DNA of 62,095 bases, counting the filler, from Choristocarpus tenellus KU-1152 (taxonomy: Eukaryota; Protista; Phaeophyceae), in NCBI GenBank assembly GCA_964200185.2. It is 11 parts of 11 records of this genome, joined end to end, with 100 filler letters (N's around TTAATTAATTAA, not from the genome) between each part and the next. Parts side by side here need not be neighbours in the genome. Positions count along the whole stretch, not along the records: positions 13,172 to 16,994 come from CAXNAD020017725.1; positions 17,095 to 21,720 come from CAXNAD020013738.1; positions 21,821 to 27,826 come from CAXNAD020009190.1; 8 more parts are not named here. One strand, written 5' to 3'. The position numbers were made by a program, and so were the translations under genes. The notes under the pieces were generated by a model. It saw nothing but the letters and a program-made list of their open reading frames with translations. It did not search any database and had not been told where the DNA came from. Below, one piece after another: positions 13,793 to 26,650 of this stretch. Numbering within the stretch: the first letter of the stretch is position 1; each line of letters begins with the position of its first letter.

Positions 13793-14827
13793 TTGACAAC
13801 AAATCATCCCTACCTTTTTCAAGAAACCAATACCAAATTCGTGATATGTCCTTGCCAAAACCCCCACACTCTTTTTCAGGTTTATATTACTTTGTTGTAT
13901 GAGCGCTAGATAAGAAATTGGTGAAGTCAATTGTGTAGAGTGGATGGTCCTGGATCCTGTCTTTTAGAATTAATAGTTACGTACATAAACCAAATCGAAC
14001 CGACTACATGTTTTCAAAGGATACAGTCTACCATTGAAATACACCCTCTCACCATGGTTTGGGACGCACTGTATTTCTCACTCCACAAAAATGACAATTC
14101 AGTTTGGTATGATTTTTTGGAATGGGCCCAAACAGAAAAATATTTTAGATAAAAAATTAGAGGTATGATGTACAAAATAAGATATACCTTATACAGGTAG
14201 AAACTATGGCAACCATCCATTTACATCTATTTTATTATTTAGTAGCTTCAAGTACAATGATGGTGGTGATGTGACACATACACGAAATGTTCCAGGTCAT
14301 TTTTCTCTTGTGTTACCTACCTTACCAACTTCTTACGTGGTACGATTGTTGTGTAAATGTGACTATAGTACTAATAAAACTTTATACATTATTTGAAAAC
14401 AGTATTTTTTTTTTGGCTATATATGATGTGGACCTATTATAGGTGTGATTTGACAGGTCCACACGCTTTTGATTTTGTAACTATTCTTGAAAGTGCACAC
14501 ATTGGATATTTTTTGGGTATTTTTGTACGAATCGAAAGATGCACTTTCGAGGATATAACCAGCAGATATCACCATGGATATGTACTCCAAAAAATTACTT
14601 GGTTTAAATATTGGACCACAACATATCAAAACATCAAAATATTGAATCTATATTTATTGAGTGTCGATGGACAGTTCTGCAGCTGCTCCACTCATCTCCC
14701 ATTGAACCTGTGTGCATGTTTTGAATGTGAACATTTGGTTTGGTAAGAGGTTGAGGGTCTCCCAACCTTCACATTAGAGACCCACAGAGAGGTGGAGGTT
14801 TGGTAGGAAAACAGTGATCAGGTAGGC

Positions 14828-16298
14828 ATGGCTCCCAGGGGGCATACACCAGGCGCTGTTTGGGCTGATACCCGGAGTGGGTTTGTCATTGACAACCCTT
14901 CGCGACAACCAGAAGCTTCAACTGTTTTTGATGACCCTAAGAAGGAGTTTTGCTCAGCGAACACCGACCATTCCCCGACCACCAACGGGTCAACAGGTGA
15001 TGGACACAATAGATTGATCGTGAATACGTCAGAGGAAACCTCGTTTGATTCCCAGGCAGAGGAAGGAGGAGGTACAGGTTACTTAAACCATGACCAGGTC
15101 AAGAGAATCCCACATCATCCCGATGGAGGTCACGGCGGTCCATTTGCTGGCATCTTCAATTTTATGACAGAACATGGGTGGTGGCCGGCATGTTCTCATG
15201 AGACCACCCATCCTCTATCGGTCTCATCAAACCTTGGAACGGATTCACGGTCGAAACTGCGGACAGTAGAGAGTACATGTACGATGACGACAGAAATCGG
15301 GTCACCTCCTACTGTCGAAGGTCAGGACGTGGGGATCTGTTCTAGGCAAGAGGCTTCAAATGCTGGAAATGGAACCGATCAGGGGTCGGTGGAGGACAAC
15401 ACCCTGATTAGTGACGCTCAGGAGTGTGTTCCCAGAGGAGACTTGTGTAAGGAAGAAGTGTCGTCGATAGGGAGAGACGAAAGGCTAAATGTCCTGCAAG
15501 TGCCGTTGAAGACGGAGAAACCACAAGTTTCGAAACGAGTGTCATTTATTGTAAGTCTGTTGACATCTTGACTGTGTGTAGATACTCGGGTGATTAGAAA
15601 GTGTTGGCTGGGGGTGATTGGAACGGTGTTGGTATTGGTACATGTCGCTAGTATCAACTTGTGCTATACTGAGGCATTCTTGGTAAGCTGAGTCCATATT
15701 ATTCCTTCCGTTTAACTACAGGTACGTTCTCCATGGTAACTGCTTTTTAACCCAGTTGTTACTTGTCGAAGTCAGTATCACGGGTCCTACCTAGTTCGTA
15801 GTCGATGGGGTCCAAGAGGAGACCTAGGTGTTTCTTTGATACTCTCAGCCCTGGTCCATACAAGAAGCTTTCCGCAGGTTACGCGTTCACCTTTTAATGT
15901 GGAAGATGATGCTACTGAAGTTTGTGTCGAATTACTGAAAAAATAGGAAACTCGACCCGAGGTAATCAATCTGTGAGAGTACCATCCTCCACAGCCAGTC
16001 CTTCCTCTCTATAACGCGCCCCATCCTATCCAACCTTAGCCCAATATGTTTTAGAACTACAGTCTCCCTGAATAACACGCACTACTAGTCACTCTCCTCA
16101 CGCTGATGAAGTTTTGTATTTTGTGCTCCCCGTTTCAGGAACAGGATTTTGTTCCTTGTTACGCTACCTTCACACCGAAGTTGTCTCACGAAGCCATCGG
16201 GAAGATTGAGTACCGTGCCCCAGAGAGACGTGTACCCTCTGCTGTGGCCCCTCCGAGCTCTGTAGCAAGGCCCAACTATCACGATGCACTGCGCAGAG
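14828..16298 (+). CDS. Cyclin-Y-like protein, 5' exons (cyclin box missing from this contig)
   Basis: Exon 14828-15550 (241 codons, low complexity, donor gtaagt) joins exon 16139-16298 (cgtttcag|GAA...AGAG|gt) in phase 0. The end, SSVARPNYHDALRR, resembles the STVSQPNLKYTIKCV segment that precedes the cyclin Y cyclin box. The gene structure is solid; the family call rests on one short motif. Confidence 0.5.
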
Positions 16299-17199
16299 GT
16301 GTGGGGGGGTGGAAACTGACCTGAGTATTGTGATAAGCAAACTGGGCATTGTTTTGACTTTTTAAATAACGAGGACCATACAAAGTGGAGTGGGGCGTTA
16401 TTTGGGTTATACTATTTTGGAATAGTCTAATCAATGATTTCACTGCTGGTAGAAAGACCGTCTTATCAGTGGGAGTCCCAGTCTAAAAAATCGATTTATG
16501 GTTTCTCCCATTCTGTTGCACATTCCTTGAAGGAGTGGACCCATCTAGCTACATAAGCACAAGTCAAAGAAATAACAATGTATTTGTGTTGTGTTATGTC
16601 GACAGGATGAAAACCCCTAAGAATGCCCATTGCATGTTTGAATGAGTGTGTATGATGTCTGTCGATGCACTCCATACACAATTGATTGGATGCAGACAAT
16701 TATCAAGTGCTAGATACCTCTTGTAACTATTGTCATACCACCATCCTTCCATTCTACTGGATTGTGCACCTCAATGTAGTACAATTCAGGATGCAACAAT
16801 AATGTCACCTACCCACCCAGGTACCCATAGCGATAAGTGTGGGGGTATAATTGTGCATCGGGAGGGTGTGTGCAAGATGCCACAATCGGTGTTACACCCC
16901 TTGAGGGTGGTTTTTACCTAGTGCCTTGCAATGGTACACAATGTGTGCAAGAAAATGATCTTAAAACTTTTGCTTTAAATTTGTTTTTTTTTGTNNNNNN
17001 NNNNNNNNNNNNNNNNNNNNNNNNNNNNNNNNNNNNNNTTAATTAATTAANNNNNNNNNNNNNNNNNNNNNNNNNNNNNNNNNNNNNNNNNNNNCAAATC
17101 CGACCCGTGCGACCAAATTACACCCAAAAAATGAAAATCAAAAAAAGGGTGAAAAACGGACGCCACCCCCCCCCCCCCTCCAGATACTTTGACCCACAA

Positions 17200-17395
17200 T
17201 CGTTCCTTCTTGGGCGCGAAGGGTGATATCGATGAACCATTGGGGGAGAGGGAGGACCCTCTTAGAGTGGGCGACCTAAAGTTCATCTAGGGGGGGTATG
17301 TGATTGAAGATGAGGGCATCAATGCCAAGAAGGCATGTGACGTTCTGCTTAGGAATACCACCAGCTTCTACAGGTGCATTGTTCGCATTGCAGTA
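17200..17395 (+). pseudogene. Second fragment of the same Copia gag family
   Basis: FLGAKGDIDEPLGEREDPLRVGDLKFI*GG..AKKACDVLLRNTTSFYR aligns with FLGAKGDIDEALEYRRIPIRVGDIEFIKG..AKKAYDVLLRSTSGIYR at about 31665-31835. Confidence 0.8.
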
Positions 17396-17503
17396 TCACC
17401 CATCATCAGAGGTGTGGAGGAAATTAAGGGAGCATTTTCTTATACATTAAAATGAGGAAATTGTCAGGTTGCAAAAAATTGTGATGAATGTTAAAATGCC
17501 TAG

Positions 17504-17763
17504 GGGTCAAAGCATATTTTAGAGGGTAATGCAGAGTCCATTTGGGTTCCAAAGTCCAATGTTGCTATTTGATTCAATTTTGCGTATCGTATTTGTTGGG
17601 AAGTGTCAATATCCTTATTCTGCACACACCTTTTCATAGTTTTATACATTTTATCTACCTCAAAACGTTTTGAAGTAGGAAAATGTCATAAAAACCCCGT
17701 GGGAAGCTAGACCCCAAACGGACAAAGAGGGCAAAACTCCTAACCTCTTGAATACTTAGACTC
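17504..17763. mobile_element. MITE family A
   Basis: Ends GGGTCAAAG...ttagagggta / ...AATACTTAGACTC, flanked by TAG/TAG, with conserved interior. Confidence 0.82.
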
Positions 17764-17929
17764 TAGGGGGTCCGACCCCCAAATTACCTTTACCTACAAC
17801 ATCGTGGGAATTGTGAGCGTTCGAGAGTCATCATACAACGTGCTGCTCGTTCAGAATGTTGGACTGGTTGGACCAGCTGGCTATGATGGGATACGAAATA
17901 TTGAAACAGGTCCTACAAATTGCTATACT

Positions 17930-18175
17930 AAGTGAAAGTATCTTGGAGGGTAGGAGTTTTGCCCTGTTTCTCCATTTGGGGCTTGGCTTCCCACGGGTTC
18001 TTAGTGACATTTTACCTTCTCCGAAATGTCTTGGAGTAGGTAAAATGTATACATCTTGAAAAGGTGTCCGGATCAAGCATATTGACATCTCCTAACAAAT
18101 ATGATAGCCAAACTTACACCAAAATTGCAACATTGGATTTTGGACCCAAAACCAACGCGACCCTGTCCAAAATAG
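17930..18175. mobile_element. MITE family A, opposite orientation, one end decayed
   Basis: Starts AAGTGAAAGTATCTTGGAGGGTAG. The interior is the reverse complement of the A consensus. Confidence 0.8.
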
Positions 18176-18481
18176 GACAATAGTGAGGTGTACCTTATTT
18201 TGTGTATGAGAAATGTAACTAATGACATAGTACATCCGGATTATGAATGGGAATATGTATGGGGTTTATTCTGCATTCAACTACTTTGACATAATCATGG
18301 ACTTATGTATGAGGCACAAATAACAATGAACAAGAGCAATGAGAAGACCCCACAAAGGTCACTCTTCTAATTCCATCCATTCTTTCAACGTTCAGCAAAG
18401 GGGGGATCGTGTGAGGCTTCACGCCTTCTTGCCTTCACTACTGATAAATAGCATTACCTCCCAAGGTAAATTGCACAAGTT

Positions 18482-18960
18482 ATGATCCTCAGTAATATGG
18501 AGGCCGACCTGAAGAAAGTTGCTGTCTGGAGGGGGACCAAAGGAAGGTCATTGGAGACCTGGTCCACTTGGAGACTGTCATTGATAAGCGATGCTGGTGG
18601 AAAGGGTTTTTACGAGATTAAGACAAGGAACTACGAGATTCCTGAAACACCCACCACCATCTCAGAGGAGGCAGTGCGAACGGCACATGCCACGCATATC
18701 AAGAACAACAAGGCGTTATGGTTCCTGCTTAATGAAGCAACAAAGGGATCTGCATCGGCAATCGTTTGCATGTTACAAAAACGGGGGTCAACCAGACGGC
18801 AGAGGGGCCTGGCTGGAACTAGAAGGAGTCTACGGAGGACGCGCGGAGGACGAGATCCCCGCGCAGGTCATCACTTTGGAGGCGAAACTCCGAGAACTAC
18901 GGTGCGCAGCGTCTCAGGACAGCACCGATATTGTCGTTAAGCTATAGAGCGACTACTGTT
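18482..18960 (+). pseudogene. LTR retrotransposon (Copia-like) gag remnant
   Basis: Two overlapping frames give ..WSTWRLSL..LWFLLNEATKGSASAIV / DGRGAWLELEGVY..LRELR.., the typical gag DGxxAWxxL pattern, with a frameshift. Confidence 0.6.
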
Positions 18961-19439
18961 GAACTATCCCACACTGGACCAGCGGCTTTTAGATGGTGCT
19001 TTAATGAAGGACAAAGAACAGCTTGGTATAGATGAACAATGTTAATATTACAAGGGCCTTTGTGGTCTCTACTCCGATGACTGAGAAGGTGGGTAAGACT
19101 AGTGCAGCCTACCATGTGGGATTTGCAACGTCCACTGCACTAACCATATACAATACAGTCACTGCATCATATATGGTTAGTGCAGACTTCAACTAAAATA
19201 TACCGAAACATTTATCTGTCACTACTTTTTCCTTATTACTCCTTTACCCCATTACTCCATTATCCCACTGGTGGTATGTATCTTTCCTAATCTACTCCAC
19301 CGATGATGTCTATAGTGTATCAGCAGCACTATCTACGAACAGCACCCATCATTTAACTGCAAAAGAGGTACTGCACAGTGCTCCATAACACTAAGTCGGT
19401 TCATCTCAACCTTCATAGTGCTAGAGTCCACAATCAACA

Positions 19440-21345
19440 GCTCAAATATGTAGCCCGTGGTATGGCACCAACCATGGAGGTGGATGACACACTCCACACA
19501 ATGGAAAATGGCAAGGCTATGGGTCCAAAGGATATTCCTGCTGAGCACTTAAAGCTTGGCCTACAGGAGGACACCATTATCCTCCGGGGTTTGCGTAAGA
19601 TTTTGTTGACTATTTGGAACCAATCTTTGTCACGGGTTTGGAATGATGTGGTCATCACCACCCTTGGCAGGAAGGACTACACTAATTGTATTAACTATGG
19701 GGGCATCAAACTCGTGGTACATGGTGGCAAATCCCTTCTCAAGATCGTTGTACAGCTGGGAGATTACCCAGAAAAGGAGAACATACTTCATGAGGAATGC
19801 TGTGGTTTCTAGTCCCGAAGCCCCACAGTGAACATGTACAATTTATGTGCCCTTCAAAATCTTGCCCAGAAAAGCATGTACCCCTCTTAATGTGTAGTAT
19901 TGATCTACAAAAAGCAAATGAATCTGTTGATTGCGATCTCCTGCAGGTTGTGCTGACCAAGACTAGAGTGCCTGAGAAAATGATTTCTGCCATCTCCCGA
20001 TTTCATGTTGGTATCAGAGCATGTGTTTGCATGGATGATGGCAAGTGCACAGACTAGTTCGGGCTTGTATAGGATCTTTGGAAGGGGTGTGTTTTTGCTT
20101 CAATCCCTTTCCAGCAGCTTGTTCACTAGGGTGCTATGTGTGGCAGTTAAGGAGTTCACCTCTAACCTCTCCACCATCTACAAGTATCTTGTTGTCATCA
20201 AGGGAGCGGCCACAAATAACCACATCACAGTAGGAGCACCAGGGAGTGGGATAACACTTCAGTTCCTCTTAAGAGGTATACTTGATGCCCATGATCCCGA
20301 CATTTTCTCCAAGATCCAAGGGGGTTTGGCTGGTGCTTGTGAAGTTGACCGAATCATTAGGTCTAACTGCGTCAGCAGCAAAGACAGAGACAACATGCCT
20401 TCACCCTCCTAACCAGACTTCAAGAGCCATGCAGATCCAGGCACTGGACCAGATCTACAGACTGATAGGTCTGTTGACATTGGTGGAACCATCAATGACG
20501 ACGTCGATATATCACTATTTGCAACTATGACATAAATTGGAGGATTCAGATAGCTCGGAATTGCCTCACAAATACAACAAGCACTTACTACATCAGGTCT
20601 TCAGTTCCGTATCACTTAACCTTAGGGCTCCAATGCTCAAAGCTAAAGTGCTTGAAGTCTGATACACTGTCATATCATGCACACACTCAACCGGGTTCAT
20701 TATCTGAAACTCTGATCTCTTCACCACAGGTTCCTCCTATGTTGTGGAGGTCTCCACAAACGGAACACATTGATCATGTCCTGTCCAAGTAAAAACGCTC
20801 TTGTAAACATTGGATGTGAAAATATAGAGGCAACAGTGGGCATGTGGGGACTCCTATTTGCTGGGTCAGTTGCACATATGGGGTATGAGCAACTTGGTAA
20901 GGTGTTGATGTTTGGGGAACTTACAACTGGAAAACAGAATCAACGTGGACAAGAGAACTGGTGGACTCCACTACCTTGAAACGTTTGGAATTGAAGCTGA
21001 GGGTTGGAGCGCAAGGGCCACAAACCCAAGTCATCAACACCACCCCCATCATTTTCTGCTGAATTTTGCTTTCTCATCATACTATCTTTTAGGTCAACTT
21101 TCTTGCATCCATTTTACATTTTCAACCTTCTATTCCCTTACGTTATTCTTGGGGGAAAGTTATCTTGTAACACGGGCTCCACTCTTCCTTTTTGACTCTA
21201 TTCTTTGGTTTTCTTGTTCTCTCTTTATTTTCTTCCACTGCCTTACTTTTCTTTTGTGGTCCTTTTTGCCTTTTCTCAAGCAGTGTGTATTACCTTCGGG
21301 CTATGTTATCGACCTCAGATCTGGAATCCCTCAGTCTAATATGAT
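19440..21345 (+). pseudogene. RTE-clade LINE, 5'-truncated RT pseudogene with 3' UTR
   Basis: MENGKAMGPKDIPAEHLK..NYGGIKLVVHGGKSLLKIV..ILHEECCGF, IDLQKANESVD, VPEKMISAISRFH, then LLFAGSVAHM..VLMFGEL and FGIEAEGW. It has many stops and frameshifts. The 3' end motif tctggaatccctcagtc is shared with the copy at 36115-36830. Confidence 0.88.
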
Positions 21346-22854
21346 GGCAATAAGAACAATGATGCATCTAGAAAACCTGATGTGACTGTACCTTACACAC
21401 CATAATTTTTCCATTTTCAACGTACCTCATCAGGTCTGAGCTTAACCCCACTTGCCCTAACCCTAACCTATGAAAGCTCATATATACTTGCCCATACCCA
21501 AGCATAGTACCTCTTAGGCAATTCCAAAGTGCACCACACAGCAAAGACGTTGATAATATGGCATATCACCAAGACCTATCACAATTACTGAGATACAATT
21601 TTCCCATTTCTTTAAAAGGTTATACAAGGCATTGCCTGTGAATAAGCAAGAAAATAACCTTTCCCTCAAGTTTATGAGAACTTCAGGTGACCAACTCAAA
21701 GTATCTGGGGGTTGGGGGGGNNNNNNNNNNNNNNNNNNNNNNNNNNNNNNNNNNNNNNNNNNNNTTAATTAATTAANNNNNNNNNNNNNNNNNNNNNNNN
21801 NNNNNNNNNNNNNNNNNNNNGGGGTTGTTTGCGCCAGGTTGATGTTTGTTGTGGTGTAGAGGTGTGGGTTTGTTGGGGGGGAGAGTTGTAAGAGGAGGAA
21901 TATTCTGCATGAGGAAGAAGAAGAAGATTATGCACTGGAAAGAGCTCTTTTTTTATTTTTGGAATCTCGCCTATTGACAATTGAGGTGTTGGGATCTCGA
22001 CGAAAGGGACACGGAATATTCTGGACCCGCAAAAGATACGGATTTTTTTTGTTGGTCTGAACTCTTTTAAATTTGAGTTTTTGCATTTCGAGTTTTGGAC
22101 CATTTTTTTTTTATTGGGCCTCAAGAAAAAAAAAATGAGAAAAAACCCCGTTGAAGTTATCTTGAATATTTGTGAATATTTTAAGGGCCTGTTGCTTCAT
22201 ATGTACAGGTTTCCCATCTGTTTTTTTTTTGCTATGTTTCTGACCCCCCACACACACTTCGCCAATGTTCCAGGCACATTATGGCAACACTATAATCATT
22301 TCTACTCCCTGTGTCGTCAGTGCCACAACGCCCTACCCTAAATGCGGAAAACTCTCCTTCTGTAGGGTTAGGGATTCCTGAATAGAATATTCAGAACTGT
22401 TCTCTGTGCTTGGTGTTCTAAAGTTGTGCTGCTATTAACGCTGCAATGATATTGAACTGTGTATCAGGACAAAGCATAACAGCCCCAGTACTTATCTATC
22501 GTATACTGCACTCTATCACCCGAGTCTTCAAGCATGGTCTTGACAGTCTCGCCCCTGATGCACCACTGAGCTCTTAAGTCTTGTTTGTAGATAGTGTGAC
22601 TAGTGTTTGGTAAGAGTCCTTTATGTCTCTGATATGACTTGGGGTAAGGGTTAGAGGGTGGTGTGGACATCTCTTTGGGTTCTGTTGCTTGTTGCTGTAG
22701 ATGCAATTGTTCTGTTGCCCATGTTGCTCTCTCTCATGGCTTGTAGTGCCATTTCTCGTTGGTCCTTACTTTGTGGTTGATGTGCATGGACGTTGCAGTA
22801 GGTTGTGACGTTTTTTTAGTGCCTTGTCATTTGCTCTTGATTCCTCCATGTGAG

Positions 22855-22975
22855 AGTACTTCAAGAGTACTTTAAATATACTTCAAATGTACTTCAGTAC
22901 TTCAATTCTACTTCAAGAGTACTTCAAATGTGCTTCAAATGTACTTCAAATGTACTTTAAATGCACTTCAAAAGT
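22855..22975. repeat. 11-bp tandem repeat (TACTTCAAATG-like)
   Basis: Directly visible degenerate array. Confidence 0.75.
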
Positions 22976-23647
22976 GCTTGAGATGCCATTGAGCAGGGAT
23001 GGCACCTTTTTGTCTCTTTGACAGGAGTGGTGGAAGGTAGATGTTTCTCATGCCATTCGATGCTGTGCTGCTTGGTGTCTTAGGGTTAGGGATGGAGGTA
23101 TCTCAGGGGACGGTAATCCGGTTTTTGGAGTGTGAACTGCCTAAAACAGACAGGCAGGGAGGGAGCTGTTTAGAACATGACGAAAAAAGAAAAATGCATG
23201 AGGTGGGACTGTTGAGTCAATGTGATTGGCTGGTTAATGATTGCTCCCCAAGGAGACTCCTCCCAAGTGTGATGCATATTAAGCCCTTCCTTACTCCTCC
23301 AGAAGATGTACCTATTACAAGGTATGGCGATGTACCTATTGGAACCTTTGTGTAGCTTCACGGATTTAAAAATGAAAGAGAAATTCCCGTATCAGTGTGC
23401 ACTGTTACACTAGCTCTAACCCTTGCCATGTTGCTATCCTTTGAAGTGTCCTAACACGATCAAATCCTCGCAAGTGGTTGTATTATTGTGAGACAAACTC
23501 TAACCCCAACAACATTATAGTAGATTATGTTGTACACGCTATTGCTTGTACTCCACTTGTGTACTTTGTGTACCACAACTGCATCTGGACTCACTTTGTA
23601 CAAAATTTGAATGGTTCGTATGGCTACATGCACTCCTCCCTCTGCAG

Positions 23648-26600
23648 GATGTGAAGGCTCCCGTAAACCAGAAGATGGGGGAGAGCAAGCTACGCCTATT
23701 CACAGGGTCAAGGGTCGCCTTCCAAGGGGGTAATTCCGAAGGAGGGGGTTCTGCTGGTGATGATTCTGAAGGGTGAGAGACTGGATCAAGCATATGTCTG
23801 AAACCCTGACCTTGCTTAGGAGCGCCTCAAATGTAGCTGAGCACATGACACTGGTGTGTGGTGTGTTTGTGTCTTCCCCACCCCTGCCGCTTCATCACAA
23901 TCTCACCGAGTCATGCCATGTTCAATTTTTTGTTGACCTTGTTGGTTGCATTGTTGCCTTAGTTATTTTTTTTATTTTTTTTATTTTTTATTTTTTCGAG
24001 TCGATTCGCTCTTGTGTTTGTTCTTAGTTGAATGTTCTTAGTTGAATGCGGGTACACGGCTTGTCACAGAGGGTTGTTGAATTTGCTTCGAGGGTAGAAT
24101 CTTCGGCATGGAAGGTCAAAAGGAGGCGTTCTCTCCGAAATATACATCCAACTACCGCTAAGTGTGTCAAGACATTGCTGGTGTGTCTGATGTGTCTAGG
24201 ATGCGACATGTAGTGATGGTAGATGTTCATGCCCTTGTTTGTACCAATCGGGCTGTGCAGTGTGGCATTACTGTAGTTGTCAGAGGATACTCAAACAATC
24301 TTTGTACCTCTTTTTGCCATCGCTTGATTCTCCCCCCACCCCCCCCCACCCCCCACCCCCCACCCCCGTCATTTGAATGGCTTCTCCTTACGTTTTTTGT
24401 AAAGATGGTCTATTATGCCTTGGTGAGGTCACGTGCCACTTCATCCATGCACTTTGTGTACCACAACACCGGCTCTTCTTTTTTGTGGTTCATCAATCTG
24501 CTGTCTGATTTGTGTTGGTGCTTTCTTTGCCGTTGTCACCTCTCCATTGTTAAAGAGTGAAAGAGGTTCTGAATGAGACAACTAAGGCTGTGAAATACGC
24601 AAGACGTTCTGAATGAGACACTGTATGCCGTATCATCTACTACGGGTACGTTTTTTTGAGGGATCTTGTTTAGGCATGACATTAGGACTGAAATTTTGAT
24701 GTTGTTTCCTTCTGTCTCCCGACACAGGTTCTAAGGAGCGCAGGTCATTGATTCACTGTTTTGCCTACTTAAAGTCCTCTTCCTCAAATAAATACCCTTT
24801 TTTCTTGGTGATACATTGACAATAACCGGAGTTTGTAATTCTTGTGTGTGTCTGACTTGTTGGAGCAGGGGTGAAAGGAGTTCCAATGACTCAGAAGGCG
24901 AGGGCAGTGACGATGGTGAATTGTCGTCAGCTGATGAGGATGATGAGATGTCAATGGAGAGTGCTAATGAGCAAGGAAAGAGTGGGGGGAGGGGCAGGTT
25001 GCCAGAACATGTCGAGGTGGTGTCATCGGAGGGTGATAGAGTGAGACGGAAGACTTTGTTTGATGATGCTATGGAGGAAGATGAGGAGGAGGAGGAGGAT
25101 GAGGAGGAGGAGGATGAGGATGAGGAGGATGAAGGTGAAGAGGATGATGAAGATGAGGGCGAGAGTGAGAGTGAGAGTGAGGGTGAGGAGGGGGCTAGTC
25201 TGGGAGGGGTAAGCAATAAATGGAAGGAGGGGATGGCAAGCAAGGCTGCGGCCAGGTGAGCTGGTTTGTTGGGTGTTATGTGTGTTGTTTGTACTACATG
25301 CAGTAGACGTTTGTTGGGTGTTATGTGTGTGATGGTCAGATTGCACAGATTTTGCTGTTGGATTCAAAGTGGTTTGTAAGTTGTGCCATCTGTTTCTAGT
25401 TTGTTGTTATGGTCAGCACCCTGTCACTGCAGTACCAATCAATCCTTTTGTACAACTTGTAATCTTTTTTTATTTCAGAAAGTAGGGCACTAGTTAGGTG
25501 CCTAGTAGGAACAACAGTGGCTGCAATTTGGTGATTCAATGAAAATGACACGTTATGAACAACCTGGGAGTGCTTGAAAAAAAAGAAAAATTATGTTATC
25601 GTTCTTGTGGAATGACTCATTATATTGCCCTCCATGAGATACACACAATATTTCGACCTTCTTGATCGAAACATGTGACGTACTCCAAAGTATAGTGCAA
25701 TCCTGCTGTGCCTTCAAACATGTCAAGATAATGATCACCCAGACAATGTTGTTTCTAATGTTGTGTTCTTTTCTTCAATGTTGTTGAAGTATTTCAGTTG
25801 TGAAATATTTATGTGAAGTATTTCAGTTATGAAGAAGTATTTCCATTATGAAGTATTTAAATTACTCATGTACAGAGGTCTCCAGATTTTTCAATGTGAT
25901 ACCAAGGCACTAGCCTCGAGTAAGACTGAGTCCTCAGTATCACCGTAGTGTCTCAATATCTCGACATCATGATATTTCAATCCCCCCCTCCTCCCCCCCA
26001 CCTCCCTTGTGTAAGGCAGTAGTCTCGCTCGATCTCCCTTTGGCCACTAGAGCTGCCCATAGCTCCCACTCTCCTAACCCATACTACACTCCCTTCATTC
26101 CCTAGTATTTTAATTCTATATTTTGCTAACTGATCCTTCTCGTGTGAATCTCTCTCCACTCGACAGCATTGCATTGAGACTAACTACTCCATCCATGGCT
26201 TGAACGCACTGCCTTTTTTTTTTTTAATCTTTTTTTGTCATTTTTTTTGTCATCTTTTGTCTTTTTTTTGTCATCTTTTGTCAGTTTTTTGTCCTTTTTG
26301 TAATCTTTTTTTGTAATTTTTTTGTCATCTTTTCTCGGTTTTTTGTACTTTTTGTAATCTTTTTATTTTTTATTTTTTTATCCTTTTTTTCTTTTTTCGT
26401 CATCTTTTGTCAGTTTTTTGTCCTTTTTTTCTTTTTTTTGTCGTAGATTAGTTCTTGCTTTTCCATGTTGTTGGTCCTGAACCTGTTGACTTTGAGGTAT
26501 CTGGCATCAACGATGACATTGACAGTGACTGAAATGAACATTTATACAACATATTTTCTTTTTTGGGACAGGTTCCTTGATCGCAAATCCCGAAAGGCGA

Positions 26601-26650
26601 ATCTCTGGGAGCTTGTGTATGGTCAAAATGGCGCGAGGGAGGCAAACATG
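23648..26650 (+). CDS. BMS1: Ribosome biogenesis GTPase BMS1, internal exons (acidic middle region)
   Basis: Exons 23648-23772, 24869-25255 and 26572-26650 are GT-AG and phase-compatible (2,2). They encode VNQKMGESKLRLF...GDRVRRKTLFDD...poly-E/D...NKWKEGMASKAAARFLDRKSRKANLWELVYG. This matches the BMS1 segments GRxRRKAIF and KWKEDLxxKAAxxFL...NLxxLxYG. Confidence 0.8.

Noticed and set aside
23024-23090. Extra upstream BMS1 exon
   Set aside because: It has plausible splice sites, but no frame resembles the BMS1 YAPMS/DKDAVY region expected there.
24731-25367. Poly-Ser and poly-Leu/Ile minus-strand ORFs
   Set aside because: They are antisense shadows of the acidic BMS1 exon.
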